Source: Penicillus capitatus
Lineage: Eukaryota > Plantae > Chlorophyta
Reading direction: 5' to 3'
NCBI GenBank assembly: GCA_965649825.1
Contig: OZ287717.1
Coordinates: 11,001-75,000, forward strand
DNA: 64,000 nt
Shown here: positions 1-13,846 of the stretch, piece after piece
How positions within the stretch are numbered: position 1 is the stretch's first letter
Layout of the letters: the number at the start of each line of letters is the position of its first letter
Made by a program: the position numbers and the translations under genes
Notes under the pieces: model-generated
Told to the model about the DNA's origin: nothing
What the model saw: the letters and a program-made list of their open reading frames with translations, nothing else
The model's database searches: none

Positions 1-3000
1 CCGTACATGATCTTCGAACCAAACTCGAAAGCGATCCAAACGTCATAACCTTCCCTTACAGTTTTGATTGGAAGAAAGATGGTATCGATATCAGTAGAGA
101 GGATGCAGCCATGAAACAGCTTTGTTCCCGTCTCTGCAAAGTGCGTGGATATCTCCTTGACAATCCATACATATATCTTCAGTGTGGATTTCTTACTAGG
201 ATGCTAAGAAGCTCATCAAGGAGGAATTTGATAAGAGACAAATCTTCAGCGAGGATGAACAGGAAATGGTACACCATGTAACATTTGTGAAGAAGCGTGC
301 GGAATCGTTCTTTGGACGTGAGTCTCTCATCCGATCAGCCATGGCCACTATTGCTGCCACTGATGGGAAGATTACTGTTCTACACGGCGTCTCTGGAGCA
401 GGCAAGACATCTCTATGTATGATTCCATGGATCTAGCTGCTTGTGTTTGTCAGGAAAGACATCGGTCATGTGCGTGTGTGCTATGAAAGCAAGACTCTAT
501 CTACCCGTCGATGCCGTTGTCATTGTCCGGCTTTGTGGCACGTCGCCCCAATCCTCATCAGCAAAGGGAATTCTGAAATCGCTCTGCCTTCAGATAAACA
601 AAGCCACACATGCAGAGGTCGTATCTGTCACGATCTTGTAAGAACTGACTTGATGCGAGTGCAGGATGCAACGATCCCAGATGCCTTTGACGAGTTGGTC
701 GAGCATTTCCATGAATTATTAGAGACCACTGCTGAGACAGTCCCACTTGCTATTTTCATCGACAGTCTCGATCAGCTGTCCGATGAAGATGCAGGTCGAA
801 GTCAGCCATGGAAATGGATTCCTAAAGAGCTGCCAAAGAATCTTTACTTTGTCATCTCTACTTTGCCTGACACAGAGTACGGAATCCTACAAGAACTCAA
901 TGAGATCCATCCACGCACATTGCTGGTGCCTTTGCTGCCGTCAGAAGACAGCATCTCTATTTTTGATGCGTGGATGAAACAGTATCGGCGAACGCTTTCA
1001 GAACAACAAAAACAAATGGCCTTGCAGTGTCCAACTGAACTCAAATCTGGAATCTCCATGTTGCATCTCCGCCTGATCTGTGACCGAGCTTCACAGTGGT
1101 CGAGCCAACATGTGCCAGATCCATTACCTCGGACTGTGCAGGGCTTGATTGATCAGATCTATACCGAACTGGAAAAGGAACATGGAGAGAAGCTCGTTCG
1201 TCGATTTCTCTCTCTTCTGGTCGCATCCAAAGACAGTCTCAGTTTCAACAACATTATCGACATCATCAGTGCCGATGAGGATGCTCTGGGTGGCAAAGGA
1301 AAAAAAGGGACTGTGCTTGAGAAGTATGAACCGCCGATTCGAAGGGCACCTCCAGTGCTGCTGGCTCGATTGATGCACGATCTTCGTGATTACATCGTCG
1401 AAAGAGGCGCCAACGGAATGAAAGTTATTGGTCTATACCATAGACAATTCATCGAAGTTGTGAAGAGGCGTTATCTCCAGTGCGTGCTGCATTTCTACTG
1501 ACAAGCAAGATCAAACCAATAAGAATTTGTGATGCAGGTCACCACATGATCTGAAGAAAGTAAGACAGCAATTGGTCGAGTACTTCAACGGCGAGAGCGC
1601 AAACAAATTCATGGAACGGAGAATTTCTCTCCAGCCGTTTTGGTTTTTCGCCGGCGGGGATAGCAGAGTTCCAAACAAGCAGAAATTGGTGGAATTGCCC
1701 AATGCCCTTCTCCTTCTAGGTCAATACGAAGAGCATGCAAATCTCATCATGGATTTCGACTATATCGAAGCCAAGTGTGCAGCTGGAGGTGTATACGCCT
1801 CTTCACTGATGGAAGATTACCTTGTCTCGATGGAGAAGCTCGGTCAAAGTGAAATGCTGAAGAACGTACGCAGTTTCTTCCGTTTTATCACCACCTGGTT
1901 TCACGTACTGAAGTTGAATCCGAGTTGTTTGACAAGCTTGTCACTCAATTACGTTCCAGACAGCTTGGTGACACAGAGAATGAAGACCAGATGGGATCAA
2001 AATCTCGGTTGTGATGAGGGTGGCTGGATCTGTTGGGAAAACGCGCCCAAAGCGATCGATCCTTGTGTCTTCACAAACGTCATCAACCGAGCAGAGTGCA
2101 TTACAGCCATCAAGTGCAGTCCTGATGCTCGGAGATGCATTGTGGCTGGCAATGCCTTTTGTGGCATTTATGATTTCCGCACAAATCAGCTTCAGTGTGA
2201 TTTCCGTGGACACAGCTCTTGGATCCGAAATGTCTGTTTCTCTCCAGATGGGAGATATGTTCTGTCTGTCTCGAATGATAACACTGGTAGAGTCTGGAAC
2301 AGTAACAGTGGAGAGCTGTGTTGTCTCCTCTCTGGTCATCTCAGTTGGGTCATGGACTGTGCATGGTCTCCCAAGGATCACATCGTCTTGACTGTATCTG
2401 AGGATACCACAGCACGATTGTGGAATCCGTACTTTGGTGATCTGCTTGGCATTCAAGAGCGACATGGAGCTGCACTGAAGTGTGGGACATTCATGAGTTC
2501 TGGCACCGAGGTGGTGACTGGGGATATCGAAGGGAAAATCTTGAAATGGTCGGTTCCTTCCTGCGATGTCAATGCGGTACTTGAGTTGGAAAAATCCGTC
2601 AACTGTGTTCAGTGGAATGAGAATTCGCAATGTATTGCGGCTGTAACGAATGGGGGTCGTGTTCTGGTGCTTTCAAACAAGCTGGAGATCTCACAGACAC
2701 TTGATGGTACGTATCTCTTCTTTCCAGGAGAAAGCATGATGGCTGAACTGCTATGCCGTGTCAGGCTTCGCTTTTGCTGTCAATCGATGTGTCTTCTCTC
2801 CCGATGGGACAGAGCTGCTGGCAGCTGGTGCTGAGAAATTTGGAATTGTCTACAAGATTGCTGATAGAAGTGTACTCGGTTATCTGGTTGGTCACAACAA
2901 GCAGATCACGAGCGTCGATTGGATCGTCACGTCCAGTGGTGATATCCTCCTCTTGACTGGATCCGAGGATCAGACCGTCAAACAATGGGCAAGAAATGAT

Positions 3001-4052
3001 GTCATTCCTGGAGACGTCTTCGAAACGTTCGCAGATGACTCATATAAACCAACAAGCGGATTTGCCATTGGTCTGACTGAAGAAGGAGATCTCTATGCGA
3101 TGGACAGAGACACGCGTTTAATCAAGTGCTCTGATATCTTTGGCAGTGGATGTTCCGCTCCCTTCGCGACACAGTACGGAGAAGGGATGAAGATGGGAGA
3201 CAAAACAGCTGGAATACTTTCGCCAGATGGACAGACTTGGGCACTTTGTGCATACAGTTCAACCATCTACTTGATTTCGGCAATAGATGGAAGCAAAGTG
3301 AACGAATTCAGTGTGGATGTTGCCCACAATACAGCTGTGTGGGATCCGACAGGCAAACCACGATTGTTCTCATCGGGCCATGGAGAAAACGCCGTTGTCT
3401 GGAACACAGAAACCGGCACAAAAGATTGCATTCCGAATCTGGGATTCTGGGTGTGGGATGGATCGTGGGCAAAGAAAGGACGTTATCTTGCCTTGGCCAA
3501 TGACGGAGGCACTGCGGTATGCCAAACCGACCTCTTCTTCTTCTTTACTCATGTCGATGTGGTTTCTGTTGTCAGGTCTTCGACATGATGCAGCCTTACC
3601 ATCCTGGTGATTCCATTGATCCCGTTTTCAGAGGAATGAATGCCATGCGATGTGCACTGAATTCGGATGGCACACGATTGGCCATTATGGCTAAGACTGG
3701 GCAATACTACGATTCTCAAATGTGTGCTGGATACCTTTACGATCTGTCAGATCTGGAAAATGTGCCAGAACCCATGGAACTGGAAGGCAATTTTCAACAG
3801 GAAGAGAAAGCGGGGCGCATCCTGTTTACCAGCGACGACAGATTTGTGCTCGCTTCCTTTGGATGTGAAGCATTTGGGACTTCTCCAAGCATCTGCGCCT
3901 ACGATGCAAAACTTGGCATACCAATAGCCTGGTTTGTGTCGCCACTGCACAACAAGTTTATCAGAATGTCCGTGCCGCCTGAATCCTGTGCCAAATTCGT
4001 CGCTGTTGATGACACTGGCAAGATCTACGTGTTTCACATCGAAGAAAACTAG
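1..4052 (+). CDS. NACHT/STAND-type P-loop NTPase with C-terminal WD40 repeats (NWD1/TEP1-like); 5' end lies upstream of the window
   Basis: Exon from 200 reads ...ITVLHGVSGAGKTS (Walker A). ORF 443-1501 has LAIFIDSLDQL (Walker B), WIPKELP and helical segments. ORFs 1572-4052 contain WD repeats (FRGHSSWIRNVCFSPDG, LSGHLSWVMDCAWSP, LVGHNKQITSVDW). Short GT-AG introns join the ORFs. Confidence 0.8.
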
Positions 4053-4229
4053 AATGGATCTTTTTATTTCCTTCCTGCTGCTTTCTCTAACTTACTGCTG
4101 TCATGTCAACCACGTCAATTTCCACCGTCCTATCAGATCCGTCACAGACGTCTATCACGTTTTCGTTATCTCACGCGTTTCAGCAAAGTTTGCCGCGTAT
4201 CGCGAGTTTTTCCAAGAGCTGTTATCAGA

Positions 4230-6679
4230 ATGGTGTTGGGTGCCATATTGGGTGCCGGAATTGGAGTGCTCACGGGCGTCACGGTAATCTTATTTCATCT
4301 GCACGACCGTGCACTTATCGCGGTGTAGGTCGGTTCCGTGATTTTCGGGTCGACCGATCCCAAATGCTTTGCTCATTTGGATCAGACTGCAGATACGAAC
4401 GGCTCAGATGGGCCTGTTCCGAAAAGCAGCGAAGTGCGTGAGATTTTGGAGTTGTCTCCTCATTGGACCAAATGGCCAGACTACGAAAGAGTATGTTATG
4501 GTGCTGCGACGACGATTTTTGGGATCTTATGTGCGTTCCTGTTTGACAGGTTGCTTGGATTAACCGCATGATTGCCACATTATGGCCATACTACAATGAA
4601 GCCGTTGCCGATATCGTCCACGAAACCGTGGCGCCCATTCTAGAAGAAACCTGTCGCAAAGTACTGCATGGCCGAAGTGGAAGCATGGATTGAGAGAGCC
4701 AATGGCGTTGTGTAGGTAAAAATGTTATCCTCCATCACCATCGAAAAAATGAACCTTGGTGATAAACCGATGAAACTCGGTGGCATCAAAACATACGAGA
4801 CACGCGAAGACGAAGTGATCGTAGAAGCGCCTGTTTTGTGGGGAAGCAATGCCGATGTATGCAGATGATGCATCTATCTTCTATTTTCCTCTCACGCATT
4901 CCTGTCGTGTGTTGGACAGATTCTCGTGCATGTGAGCATTCAGTTGGGGCCTCTCCGTATTTTTATTCCAGTCAACGTCAGGAATCTCCAGCTCCATGCC
5001 GTTGCTCGCATCACCATCCGCCCACTGGTGGAGACGCTTCCGTGTTTGGGAGCATTGCACATTTCATTGCTCACTCCGCCTCACATCGACATGACACTCA
5101 ATTTGATAAACGGCATGGATTTCATGGCACTCCCTGGTATCAAAGAAATTAGCTCCAACATCGTCCAGGTTTCGATGGCGCATAGATAATATTGGGATCG
5201 CCGTGAACGTTGTGCTGTAGGGTGTTCTGGGATCCATGATGCTGTATCCTAATCAATTCTCTGTGGACTTGATGGAAGGCGGTGGACAGCCACCTGCTCC
5301 AGTGGGTATGCTACGTGTGAAGCTGATCCGCATTGAGAATCTCAAGAAGTCCGATATCATTTCCAAATCGGATGCCTACTGTCTGTTGGAGGTATTCATC
5401 ACGCCATATATAGGCAGATCACCTTGCTCAACAAAGGACACGGTGCTGTCAGGTTCGCGAAGGAAGGCCACTTCGCAGCAAAACTGTTAAAAACTCACAA
5501 AACCCAATCTTCAATGATGAGTTCCATCTGATCGTTGATGACCCAGATGAACAGCGTCTGAAGATCACCGTCAAAGATGATGATTTTGGCTGGTCAGATC
5601 ATGTGTTCGGCGTCTTTAGTGTTAGTATCCTGCCTTAACACACATGAAAGGCCTTAAATGTTCGATCACTGTTTGCTGCAGGTTCGCCTTTCAGATTTGG
5701 AGTGCTTCTCTCGTCCTCGTGAGGGCTGTTTGGTAAACGGAGATTTAATCAAGCCAGATGCATCGGGTATCTTGGCAACTGGAACAAGGGTGAGCATCTC
5801 GGCCGTGAACCGCAGACAGGATGATACAATGATTGCGTGTGTGATCAGTCTGTCCGCCAACTGGCATCATTCATAAGTCCTAGTAAAAAGTCTCCCGAAC
5901 CGAGTAAGTCGATGGGTAAAGTGCATTTGGAAGTGACTATGGTTCCATTCTTTCGCCCTGGAGTCGATGATGCCAACGACTCTTCTGACAACGAGGTCTT
6001 ACCCAATGCCTTGATCTCATTTCAAAGTTCAACACTTTTCTGCAGCAGGCAGATCAGGCAGAGGCTGGAGGCAGACCGGTGCCGCCTCGATTTGGTACTG
6101 CGGCCCAGGATGGTGGTATGGGTATGGAATCGCAAATCCGTGGCGACATGAAGGTCATCCATCTCCTATTCTCAAAACCGTGTCTCCTGAATTGCTTGTG
6201 TGTCGTTTCAGGGTGTGTTGACCATCACATTGGCTCGTTGTTTGAATCTGGCTGGAAAAGACACCTACGTTTCGTTCTCTCTGTATGATAACATCACAAA
6301 GAAAACAGAAGTTCAGAAATCAAGCTATGTCTTGAATGATGACAGTCCACGTTGGGGAGACAAGTTTGATTTTGTGATGATCAATGCCAATTCCAATCTG
6401 ACGGTCCGGGTGATGGAGAAGCCAGGGTTCATGGAATCTATGATGTCCATGAAATTCGTCAAGGTACAAACATCCGAATCCAAGTTCTCAATGCCACGGT
6501 AGCATCACATCACGCCTGTTATGTTGTAGAGAGCTGAAGATAAACCGATAGGGGCTATTCGCATTCCTGTTACAGATTTGGTCAGAAACGGTCGTCTGAA
6601 AGACACGTGGCCACTCCAAGAGGTCCAACAGGGAGAGATCGAACTCACCCTCACCTGGACCACATGCGAATTTGCCTGA
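4230..6679 (+). CDS. Plant-type synaptotagmin (N-terminal TM, SMP domain, two C2 domains)
   Basis: MVLGAILGAGIGVLTGV anchor; PHWTKWPDYER and LGDKPMKLGGIK SMP motifs; PVGMLRVKLIRIENLKKSDIISKSDAY (C2A); LNDDSPRWGDKFDF and WPLQEVQQGEIELTLTW (C2B); about 10 short introns. Confidence 0.85.
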
Positions 6680-6841
6680 GACAAACGAAATGAGAGCGCA
6701 CAGTAATAACAACACAACAAGAACTCCGCCGCTGCTTGAGATAGCAAATCCCGGATAACCTGACGTCGTGTTGTTGTACGTTTTCTCTAAGATGGTTGCA
6801 TTCTTTTGTCTCATTGTCATATCGAATCCAAGTCTATCGCG

Positions 6842-8648
6842 ATGTCGAATCATCGAACGTCGTTCTATTCCAGACTGAAACCCGAAGACGAGCTCCCGCA
6901 ACATATTGGACCAGCGCGCGAGCCTCTGCAACACAATCTCGATGTCAGAAAACTGCGAAGGCGTTGTTGTTGCTGTATTTCGGCTGCACTGTTTATCGCC
7001 ATCGTTCTCTGGGCATACAATCCGCCAACTGGAAAAGAATCAAACCAAGGTCCCGAAGACGCAGACACGCAGCTGAAATTCGTTCTCGTTGTTCACCGTC
7101 ACGGTAGACCAGTGACACAAAATGTCCTCAATAGGAAACAACGCATTGGTTCAGGGGCACGAAGCGCCATACATCATTATGATTTTGAACAGGACGTCAA
7201 GTGGAGTGTTCCTCGCGGAAAGCTTCTGAATGTCGGCTTTCAAGGGGTATTGGCAAACCCATAGTAGACGGATGTCAGAGTGATCTCTGTGGATTAGGGA
7301 TTTCGACTGGGAAGGCTTCTGAGGAACAAATACTGGGACCAGTTTCCTTTCATATCCAACTCCTCTGTCGAGTGCATTTCATCAAACGTCGATCGCACGA
7401 TTGATACTGCACACAGTGTTCTGATCGGTGAGAAACTGCAAGAACAATATCGGGATGTGTGTTGTGACAAGTGTGATTTCGATAGGGCTGTTTACGGATA
7501 ATGTGACAGACCCATCTGGAGGAAATTGCTCGTGTCGGCCAAAAACAAAAGCGTTCTGTTCTGTAAACTGTGCTGCCGAGTGCATCGGAGTGAAGTTGCC
7601 AGACGTGCCACAGGTGAAGGTGTGGGATGAGAATTCTGGCAACGTAAGATGAAGGGATCACACAAACACACCATTCACTCAATATTGTGTTTATGACGAT
7701 AACAGGAATCAGTCCTTCGCCAGAACGACTTCTGCGACCACTACAAAGAGCTCGAGAAGGACTTCCTCGAATCTGAAGCCACAAAAAATACCGCCAAAAA
7801 ACTATTCTCGTCACAGTTTGAATACGTCAAGGAGGTATGAGATGGATTCATTTTCTTGAAGGATAAGATAAAGAAAGGGGTCTGTGTAGATCGTTGGTAA
7901 GGAGAAAGTGAGTGAGGTCCTCGAGAACGATACTACAACGGACCCTGAGAATCTGTCGGTAGTCACTCTGGGTAGAATTTGGGATACTGTCCAGTGTCTC
8001 GATGCCCAAAACGGAACAGAGAATGGTCCCTATGAGAATGTCACGGAGGTCAAAGAGAAACTGCTGCCTGTACAGGAATGGCTCTTCCACAACAAGTTCG
8101 CCGACATCCTGTCATGATGCATGTCTGATCTGCTGTGTGTTCTCTAGATTTTCTAATCAGTCAGGACTGTATGCAGGTGGCCAGCTGCTAAATCAGATCA
8201 TCATCAATCTCAGAGAGGCGGTTAAACTCAAACCAGCCGAAAGTGATCCACAAGGTTTGTTAGGAATCAAATGCCGTAGGTGCACTTTGTTATCTGTGAT
8301 GCAGGGAACCTGATGACGATCTATTCGGCTCACGATTCGACATTGGCAGGTTTGCTCGCAGCCATGAACGTTTCTGATTGGCGCTTCCCGAATTTCACAT
8401 CCCATATCATGTTTGAACTCCATGGACCCACAAAAGCATCCGAGAGTGCCTCATTGGACGAACACTATGTGCGCATCTCCTTCAACGATGAGTAAGAAGT
8501 AGAAACGCGTCTTCCTTGTGACAAAATGTGTTTCTCCAGTGTGTTGCAAGTGGGAGACTGCAACCAAACACTCTGCCAGTTGAATGCGTTTCTGGATTCC
8601 ATGAATGATAGAAGGCAGACAAAAGACGAGTGTAATCAGAATCCGTGA
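6842..8648 (+). CDS. Histidine acid phosphatase (branch 2), type II membrane-anchored
   Basis: Spliced VVHRHG|ARSA (RHGxRxP-like motif), SSNVDRT, and IYSAHDSTL (HD motif). N-terminal TM segment CISAALFIAIVLWAY. Confidence 0.85.
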
Positions 8649-8982
8649 TACTGCTACCTTTCTCCGTTTCTTTCCGTGAATCGTTTGCAGTTGTATTATT
8701 ATTCTTTGTGAAAACTGAAAAGACTTTGGTGTCTGTGAACCGTGCCAATAAAACCATCGATCCTGCTCTACAAGCAGCTGGACAGCATGTAAGCATCTTA
8801 AGCCTCTTTCTGTCAGACAAGGAATCTCTTGACAGGAATGTGCGATTAGGCATTTCTAAAGGGAGAAAAACAGACAAGTATACAAGGCATACAGACAAGG
8901 CATTGTCGTCCAGAAGGACCAGCTTGATGGACAGGTAACACTAAACAACAAGCGAAGCATCAGTGCGTCAGCATTTCTGTTA

Positions 8983-9524
8983 TCAAGCGGCCTCTTCTGA
9001 AGCTGGCGCTTCTTCTGAGGACGGAGCCTCCGCCACATCATATCCCCAACAGTAGTAAAGACCGTCGTCGGTCCATTCCACTTCTGGCTTGTGATAGAAA
9101 CTGCATGTGCCGTCTTCTGGCGTGTATGTCAATAAATCACAGTAGTCAGTGAACGTGCAACTGAGAAAGCACCCGGAATAAGTGCTCCCCTCTGCACTGA
9201 AGAAAGCATCCGTATGAACATTGCAGTGTTTATCGGTTAGGGGCTCTCGCATGGAATCGACGTGGTGCTCTTCCTCTAGGCCGGAAACCTCCTGAATCAA
9301 CTCCTTGGCCAGTTCAAAGGCCTGTTCAGATTCACTCATGAGCTGCCTCCCACGATTCTCGGCCTCTGCAGACAATGACCGAGCGTGCCGGAAACGAAAA
9401 AAAAAACAGACGGTTACGCACGCGTCTGTTTGCCTCCGAATAGACGGATGGCTTCTTCAGATTCTCCACGTCTGGCAGAAGCGAAGGCGACGAGGCAGGT
9501 GAGGACCACAACGAGCTTATCCAT
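8983..9524 (-). CDS. Small secreted protein with a PAN/Apple-like Cys domain and an acidic EEAPA tail
   Basis: Signal peptide MDKLVVVLTCLVAFASA, one GT-AG intron, then C..SC.....C....Y......C (GCFLSCTFTDYCDLLTYTPEDGTCSFY). Confidence 0.55.
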
Positions 9525-9671
9525 TTTGAAAGTGAGCAAAGATAGGAAGAGGCCGGTCAACAGCCGCCAGTCTCCAAGATGTTCGCACTAATGCAATTAA
9601 GTCTCGTTCAGCGACGCCCGAAAATTCGAATCGCCTAGCGCGCTTTACAGCTTCTCCTGTCATAGGACAGA

Positions 9672-10319
9672 ATGGAGAGTTTGTTTCCTGTTAGTGATAT
9701 CTTCGCTGATCTCAAAGAATCGATAAGGGAAGCTACTAAAGGAGTAGATGTCTTCACACATGTCCTCTCCTTCTTTCACTCTATCGACTGGAAGGTGTTG
9801 AAACAGAAATGAGCCTGTTGGGTAAACGGCGTGCATACCACTGGACGTTGACATGTGTAGGAACCGTTGATGGTGGGTCTTATATCCTCAGAAGCTTTGC
9901 TGTTTGTTCTGGTCTGGTACTTCAGTCGCCGGATGAAGTTTCAAGCTGTCATCTTTCTGGCTGCTGGTATGGTTTGTTCGATTAACTTATTCAGATGTCC
10001 CTCTCTTTTAGCGATTTGCATCTACAAAGCTGAGTCGTTGAATGCCTTCTGCGCGGAACACTGGCGTTCGTTTGCAAAACAGCCCTATTTTGATGAAAAC
10101 GGAGTGTTCTGGTCCGCGCTGATCTCCGGACCTTTGCTTGTCCTGCTTCTGTGCATCTTGGTGATAAATCGATCCCCGTAAGAAACTCAAGAATTGTGGA
10201 ACGTGTGATCTTCGCAGGTGAATTATCTACTTGAGATGATGCGGCTCATGATCAAGGTCAAGAGGAAGCAAATGATTGCCGAGGCACAAAAGCAACGAGA
10301 GAGCAAGAAAGAATCATAG
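9672..10319 (+). CDS. TMEM18: Transmembrane protein 18
   Basis: FFHSIDWK|EP... and AESLNAFCAEHWRSFAKQPYFDENGVFWSALISGPLL match the family signature; C-terminal MIKVKRKQ. Confidence 0.85.
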
Positions 10320-10381
10320 ATACAGACAGAACTACTGCCTTTCCGAAATTGGACGAGAATTCCTGTCGTACGACGCGATCT

Positions 10382-11055
10382 ATGACGATGTCGAATGCGC
10401 CTTCCGACTTAGACGTCGCCGACGATGAGCGCGACGGCCATGAGAAGGGTGCAAGTGTAGAGATCGGCGTCGCAATAGAAGAAAGCCAAAAGGAGTCTTC
10501 GGAGAGTACAGAAGACTGCAGTATCTTCCAGCTTTCTCTGGAGGAACTCAAAAAGCGTCTCCCCGACGAATTCTCTAGAGTACCTGAGTTCGCGGTTCCT
10601 TCCAGTGTCCAGGTGACTAGTTTATCTCTCTCTTCTTGTTTCGAGCTGTGTTTCAGGAGACTCTTGAGAGATTCTGCGCCATTCACTCAAAAGGGAGGAG
10701 ATTGAACGATGATATTCGCAAGAATAAGCGCATCAGCAATCCTTACTTCGTTGCCAATACGTTGCAGCGTTACGGAATCGAACAAGGAGCGTCAGACGTT
10801 CAATCTTCCAAGAGACAGAGAATGGTACAAAACGTTGAAACGGACGACATTCAAGCTTTCAGAATGTACAGAAAGCATCACAAGCAATCTGTCGCTCAAA
10901 TGGATGCCAGAGAAGAAGCAAGCAGAAAGCAGAGGTCAAATGAAGGAGGCCCCATCGCCTCCAGCCACATGACAGCAATGCAACAGGAAGCAATATCCCA
11001 GTTTGTCATGGAAGCGAAACAGAGACTACGACCACTTAAGGAATCAGGATTGTAG
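10382..11055 (+). CDS. SAP30-binding protein / HCNGP-like
   Basis: Acidic N-terminus, then LNDDIRKNKRISNPYFVANTLQRYGIEQGASD, resembling the HCNGP core (N..LR..K.F.NP..L..L.....I.E.GS). Confidence 0.6.
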
Positions 11056-11432
11056 CAGAGGCGTTTATTGTCGCTAAATCAGTAGATTTAAAATGACATG
11101 GAATTTCTCTCACCTTCGCCTTGGCAGATGTCCTTCTCTCATTGCCTGCGATCCATGTGGTCTTGTCAATTGGAGAACGGTATACTCCTCTTTCTTCTCA
11201 CACTTCGTTCAATATCCTTTGACAACGTCCAAAGCAGAAACGTATCTTACATCCAAGGGATGGGTGTCCATCATCGATGCATGCCATAAAAACACATCAT
11301 CTCGCTCGAGGGACATTCAGCAGCAGCAGCATAAATGGGATGTTTGCTTTTAATCCGTCGGAAAGAATATGGTTAAGTACGATGCGGCACTGGACAATCA
11401 GAAAAACGAAAGTTGATGGGACGAACGCCTCT

Positions 11433-13846
11433 TCACTCAGTGTCTTTTTTCTCTTTCTTTTTCTTCTTCTGGACAGAAGAACCGTCACGTCACATCATAA
11501 ATCGTGCATTGGAATATCACCTTTTTAGAGGACTCTTCCTTCTTTTGTTTCTTGGTCGTTTTTTCGGGTTCATTTAACAAACCTTCGTCTTTTCCCTTTC
11601 GCTTCTTCTTCGATTTTGTATATGGCGTATCTTCTTCTGCAACATGTCCATGTTCTGATTCCACAGCTCCATGCGAAACAGGAGCTGAGATCTCTGTTTC
11701 TTGCATCTCGGTGTCTCCTTGGTCTTTTTTCTTTTTCTTCTTATCTGTGTACAGATATCCAAGATGGGGTACAGAACGGGGGAGTGAGCGGTTGCCTTTT
11801 TTCATCTTCTTAGATGGTCGTCCCTCTTGATACTCGGACTCCGTCTTCATCTCCTCATCCTGAACCGACAAATCTTTTGTTTCAGTTTTCGATTCGTACA
11901 GTCTGACCTCGTCTTTGGTGGCAATGACATCTGCGGCCGGGTGGTAAGTGGATGGCGTTGTCGCAATGGCACTGTGTTCAAGCTTAAGGCTCTGCTCTTG
12001 CTTGACATCAGGTTTTGCCTTCAAGGTCGTCACAGTCTTTGGCAGAGAACGTTGTTCTAACCCAGCAATTCTGTTCTCCATCTGCATCACCATGACATTG
12101 GGAAATGAAAATGCGTCTTCATTCCGCTGATGCATACCTGTGCTCTGCAGGTGACCCCAATGGATTCGTTTTCTTCTTCGGCAAGTGCATCTACCCTCGA
12201 GACCAGCGCTGTCTTTGCTGCCAGTAGTCTGGCTATCTTTCCCTTGTTTTTACTGCTGCATCCTATTGAAGGAGTTTTCGATCGCAGCAAGGGTCGAGAG
12301 ATCAATCACCTCCAACAAAAGACGAGTGAAAGAGAATGCCATACTTCGGAGTGGCAGAATGCGTCTTGAGTGCACGAAACAGTGCTTTCTCTGCTCCCAG
12401 CATTTGAATCGATGCTCCTATTGCACAAATTGATGGACTTGAATCTGTAAACGAATGAGGTCTGGCAGAATCTACCCGAGTGTTTGGCAAGGTTCATCAA
12501 ACTGCCTGCGTGTGAGATGAGCTTGGCACCGACCAATTCCCCAACCAGCACTGTCAGATTTGGAGCAACAGCTTTCATCCTACAAGCAAACCACAAGCAT
12601 GTCTATCTGTGTGTTCGTACAGATTGCATGACAGGACACCTGTTAGAGAGATATTCAAAGAGCTGAGTACGATACTCAGATAGTTCGATCAACTGAGTGC
12701 ACAGATCGGTGATGTTGTTCATATCATCTTGACTGATCTCTGTTCCCATGGAGGTGATCGATGCTTGCTTCAAGTTCTCTTCCAAATCTTCACTCAGAAT
12801 GGATGACATGTCGACACTCTGAGCATTTTCGCGGAACTGGATCAATTTGATCTGATGAAGCAGAAGTGGATAGAACAAACATCTCCTCTCTCATTGCCAT
12901 CATACCGTCTGCGCGTACTTAATGTTGTCTTGGATAACTTTGCCCATCTCAGGGAAATGCCAACCATACCATTCTCGAACACGCATGGCATAGACATTAA
13001 TCTCTTTGTCCAGATCCTCCAACAGTGCAATCGCTTGAATGATCATGACATCTACCTAAGAATAGAGGAGAGCCCTGTCACGTGTGGCATCTTAGCCAGT
13101 CTCCCGAACAGACCTTATCTGGACTGAATTTCAACTTATATCTCGAGATACTGTGACTCAGACCGAGTGCCAAGTGTGAAGATGCCAGTCCCCTATCACC
13201 AAAGCAATCGAAATTGCATGAAAGAACCGCATGCTCGACTCTCACGGTATCAGGTTGTCCAATTGAGCCCGAACGCCACGAGACAATTCTGCCACAGCGG
13301 GACTGCATGTACACTCCGTTCACTCTATTGTCAAAGGGCTCCATCAGACATTGACCTGTGTATACACGGTATTCCAAGTTTCTCTTTGATGATGTTTCCC
13401 AGTTTCGAATCCTGAACTGCCAATTCCTCGCCTTTCACTTTCTTCTTCAGAAATTTCTTCAGTCCTGTTTGTCCAGATCGGTGGATTTCTCCATGTGTCG
13501 AATCACGTGTTGAATATACCTTTGCTGACGTTGCTGTCCAGAATGGCCGTTGCTGCTTCCAGTGCATCCAAGGTGCCTTCAAATTTGTCGAAAGCCTTCA
13601 GTTCCACCACCTGAGGTCGATCGGAAGTGAACAACTCTGTTCACATCGCCGCGTTCTTCGTCACCTTTTGCGCCTTCGACAGCGTTTCGAAGTCTTTCCA
13701 TAGATCCTGCTCCATCATCAAGGCTGCGATGCCAACAGATCGGGTCGGACAGAGTGCGTGCTTACCTTCGTTTCTTTCAGCTTTTTTTCTTTGAGTACTT
13801 TGAAAAGGGCAAAGCCTGCCGCTGTCTCAACAAGCAATAGCACCAT
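11433..13846 (-). CDS. NOP58: Nucleolar protein 58 (box C/D snoRNP core)
   Basis: [18 protein letters not shown]; DLWKDFE; VELKAFDKF; [32 protein letters not shown]; [29 protein letters not shown]-like Nop domain; [11 protein letters not shown]; KKE-rich tail. Confidence 0.92.

Noticed and set aside
1941-2630. Long antisense ORFs (e.g. 1941-2630, 38726-39295, 42588-42974)
   Set aside because: They are shadows of the real coding strand with no independent features.
11433-13846. Intron-encoded box C/D snoRNAs in NOP58
   Set aside because: Introns are ~45-60 nt, too short, and I found no paired C/D boxes.
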